64,000 nucleotides of DNA from contig CP091723.1 in the NCBI GenBank assembly GCA_022009775.1, positions 1,029,121 through 1,093,120 of the forward strand, written 5' to 3'. Position numbers and translations under genes: made by a program. Positions 62,824 through 64,000 of the stretch are shown here, piece after piece (the stretch's first letter is position 1; the number at the start of each line of letters is the position of its first letter). This DNA comes from Christensenella sp. GTDB lineage: Bacteria > Bacillota > Clostridia > Christensenellales > CAG-917. Under the pieces are notes generated by a model, which was not told where the DNA came from, searched no databases, and was given only the letters and a program-made list of their open reading frames with translations.

Positions 62824-63786
62824 ATGGAGGCATACGGTGTGTATAATCAATTCATAACAGCGGCGTCGGATTTAGTAACCACGTACGAACAAACAAGGGC
62901 AGGATTTCTTAGCATTGCTCTTGAAAAAAATATGATAAGTGACCCTTATGTAAAACGCGCATTGGCCTTTAAAGCATTAGTTGCAAATACTACCGGACCT
63001 GATGATTTAATTGAGATGACAGAAGTTAGACCTTTTATGCTTACCGCATCGGGTTTATCTGACAAATCTATGCAATATCTTTCGGAGACGGATAAAACAA
63101 ATGCGATAATGGAATTAGTAGAAAAATTCTTAAAACCAGCAGGAACTAATTATATTGATGAGGTAATCTATAGATATCTTTTAATAAAAGGTGATGCTGT
63201 TGGTGGAACTATGCGTAATAGAATTGGAGCTTTAGGACAAGAACGATTAATTAGAGCCTTAATTTCGTGTATGAATGTAATGGGTTTTGATTATAAATGG
63301 TTGTCAAATAGCAGTTGTATTTGGCAGGATAAAAAAGACAATGATTTAGGTATAGAAAAAGATTTAAAAGCGATATATTGGAATAATGGATATGAGGACA
63401 GGGTATTAGGATTTAATCTTAATATCCCCATAGTTTCAAAGAATGTTGATATTTGCCTGTTTAATGCTACAACATCTTTATACAACAAGGGTAAGATAGT
63501 CTCAATGCCGCAATGTACACTTATGTTAGGAGAATTGAAAGGCGGTATTGACCCTGCTGGTGCTGACGAACATTGGAAAACTGCCAATACTGCACTAGGA
63601 CGTATTCGGACTGCATTTCATAATGCAAATTTGCCAATAAAAACCACATTTATAGGAGCAGCAATAGCCACAGCTATGTCAATTGAGATATATCAACAAT
63701 TGTCTGACGGCACATTGGATAATGCCGCCAACTTGACAAATTTAAACCAACTGACGGATTATTGTAACTGGATATTAACAGTATGA
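62824..63786 (+). CDS. hypothetical protein in AT-rich tRNA-adjacent islet (restriction-endonuclease role is speculation from context only)
   Basis: 320-aa ORF with GC well below the window average (rich in TTA/ATA/AGA codons), no recognisable motif. Lies between tRNA-Ser and a truncated gene whose N-terminus only loosely recalls an amino-methyltransferase. Confidence 0.3.
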   Translation: MEAYGVYNQFITAASDLVTTYEQTRAGFLSIALEKNMISDPYVKRALAFKALVANTTGPDDLIEMTEVRPFMLTASGLSDKSMQYLSETDKTNAIMELVEKFLKPAGTNYIDEVIYRYLLIKGDAVGGTMRNRIGALGQERLIRALISCMNVMGFDYKWLSNSSCIWQDKKDNDLGIEKDLKAIYWNNGYEDRVLGFNLNIPIVSKNVDICLFNATTSLYNKGKIVSMPQCTLMLGELKGGIDPAGADEHWKTANTALGRIRTAFHNANLPIKTTFIGAAIATAMSIEIYQQLSDGTLDNAANLTNLNQLTDYCNWILTV

Positions 63787-63796
63787 AAGAGAGTGA

Positions 63797-64000
63797 TATG
63801 CAATTAAGCATTTTTGATAATGATAACTGCGATAATGACGAGTATTTGGTTAATTGTTTTTCTGCGGGGTCGTTTTGTGATGATTCTGAGCGAAAGGCTT
63901 TAGAACGTCGCTACTCTAACAAATTGAAAATAACCACTAAATTTAATCGCCAAAGCGTTAGTTATCAATTAAGTAAAAAAGATGGGTTACACAGCTGGTT
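63797..64000 (+). CDS. truncated ORF at window end (function unknown; methyltransferase is speculation)
   Basis: ATG 63797 gives MQLSIFDNDNCDNDEYLVNCFSAGSFCDDSERKALERRYSNKLKITTKFNRQSVSYQLSKKDGLHSW…, running off the window. The only hint is a loose, unverified recollection of an N-terminal block in some amino-MTases; needs an HMM search. Confidence 0.25.

Overview
The window is a ~50% GC bacterial chromosomal segment whose gene order looks Firmicutes/Clostridia-like (secY-adk-map-infA-rpmJ-rpsM-rpsK-rpsD-rpoA-rplQ, S14 type Z, secA-prfB, SpoVK/CbbX-type AAA ATPase); this placement is an inference and the taxon cannot be fixed. From left to right it contains:
- a partial XRE-family regulator gene, ispDF, and an S4-domain protein gene;
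- rpoB-rpoC-metK with its own sigma70 promoter;
- recD2-like helicase, comF, secA, prfB, tsaD, and tRNA-Ala(CGC);
- a ~10.6 kb hexuronate/glucuronide utilisation island (araC-type regulator, uxaC, uxuA, SDR, eda, kdgK, GH2 hydrolase, GPH-family transporter), bracketed by two near-identical copies of an unclassified ~280-nt structured-RNA-like element whose ends form a tRNA-acceptor-like helix with an NCCA tail;
- an SPFH/flotillin gene and pckA;
- a minus-strand operon of a tandem-AAA+ SpoVK/CbbX-like ATPase plus two YbjN-like paralogues;
- three tandem ~188-bp repeats;
- the complete S10-spc-alpha ribosomal protein cluster (rpsJ through rplQ, including secY, adk, map, infA, rpmJ, rpoA);
- ttcA-like, fba (followed by a 126-bp palindromic element), three aminopeptidase genes, and tRNA-Ser(CGA) with a partial 5' duplication;
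- an AT-rich tRNA-adjacent islet with a hypothetical gene and a truncated gene at the window edge (a restriction-modification role for the pair is speculative).

Many genes, including the essential rplD, rplB, rplP and rpmD, are interrupted by single-base indels at homopolymer runs. This argues for sequencing or assembly error rather than genuine pseudogenes. Several ORF-track entries are therefore artefactual fusions or fragments.

The main candidates for novelty are the paired RNA-like elements flanking the sugar island, the YbjN/YbjN/tandem-AAA operon, and the 3x188-bp tandem repeat.
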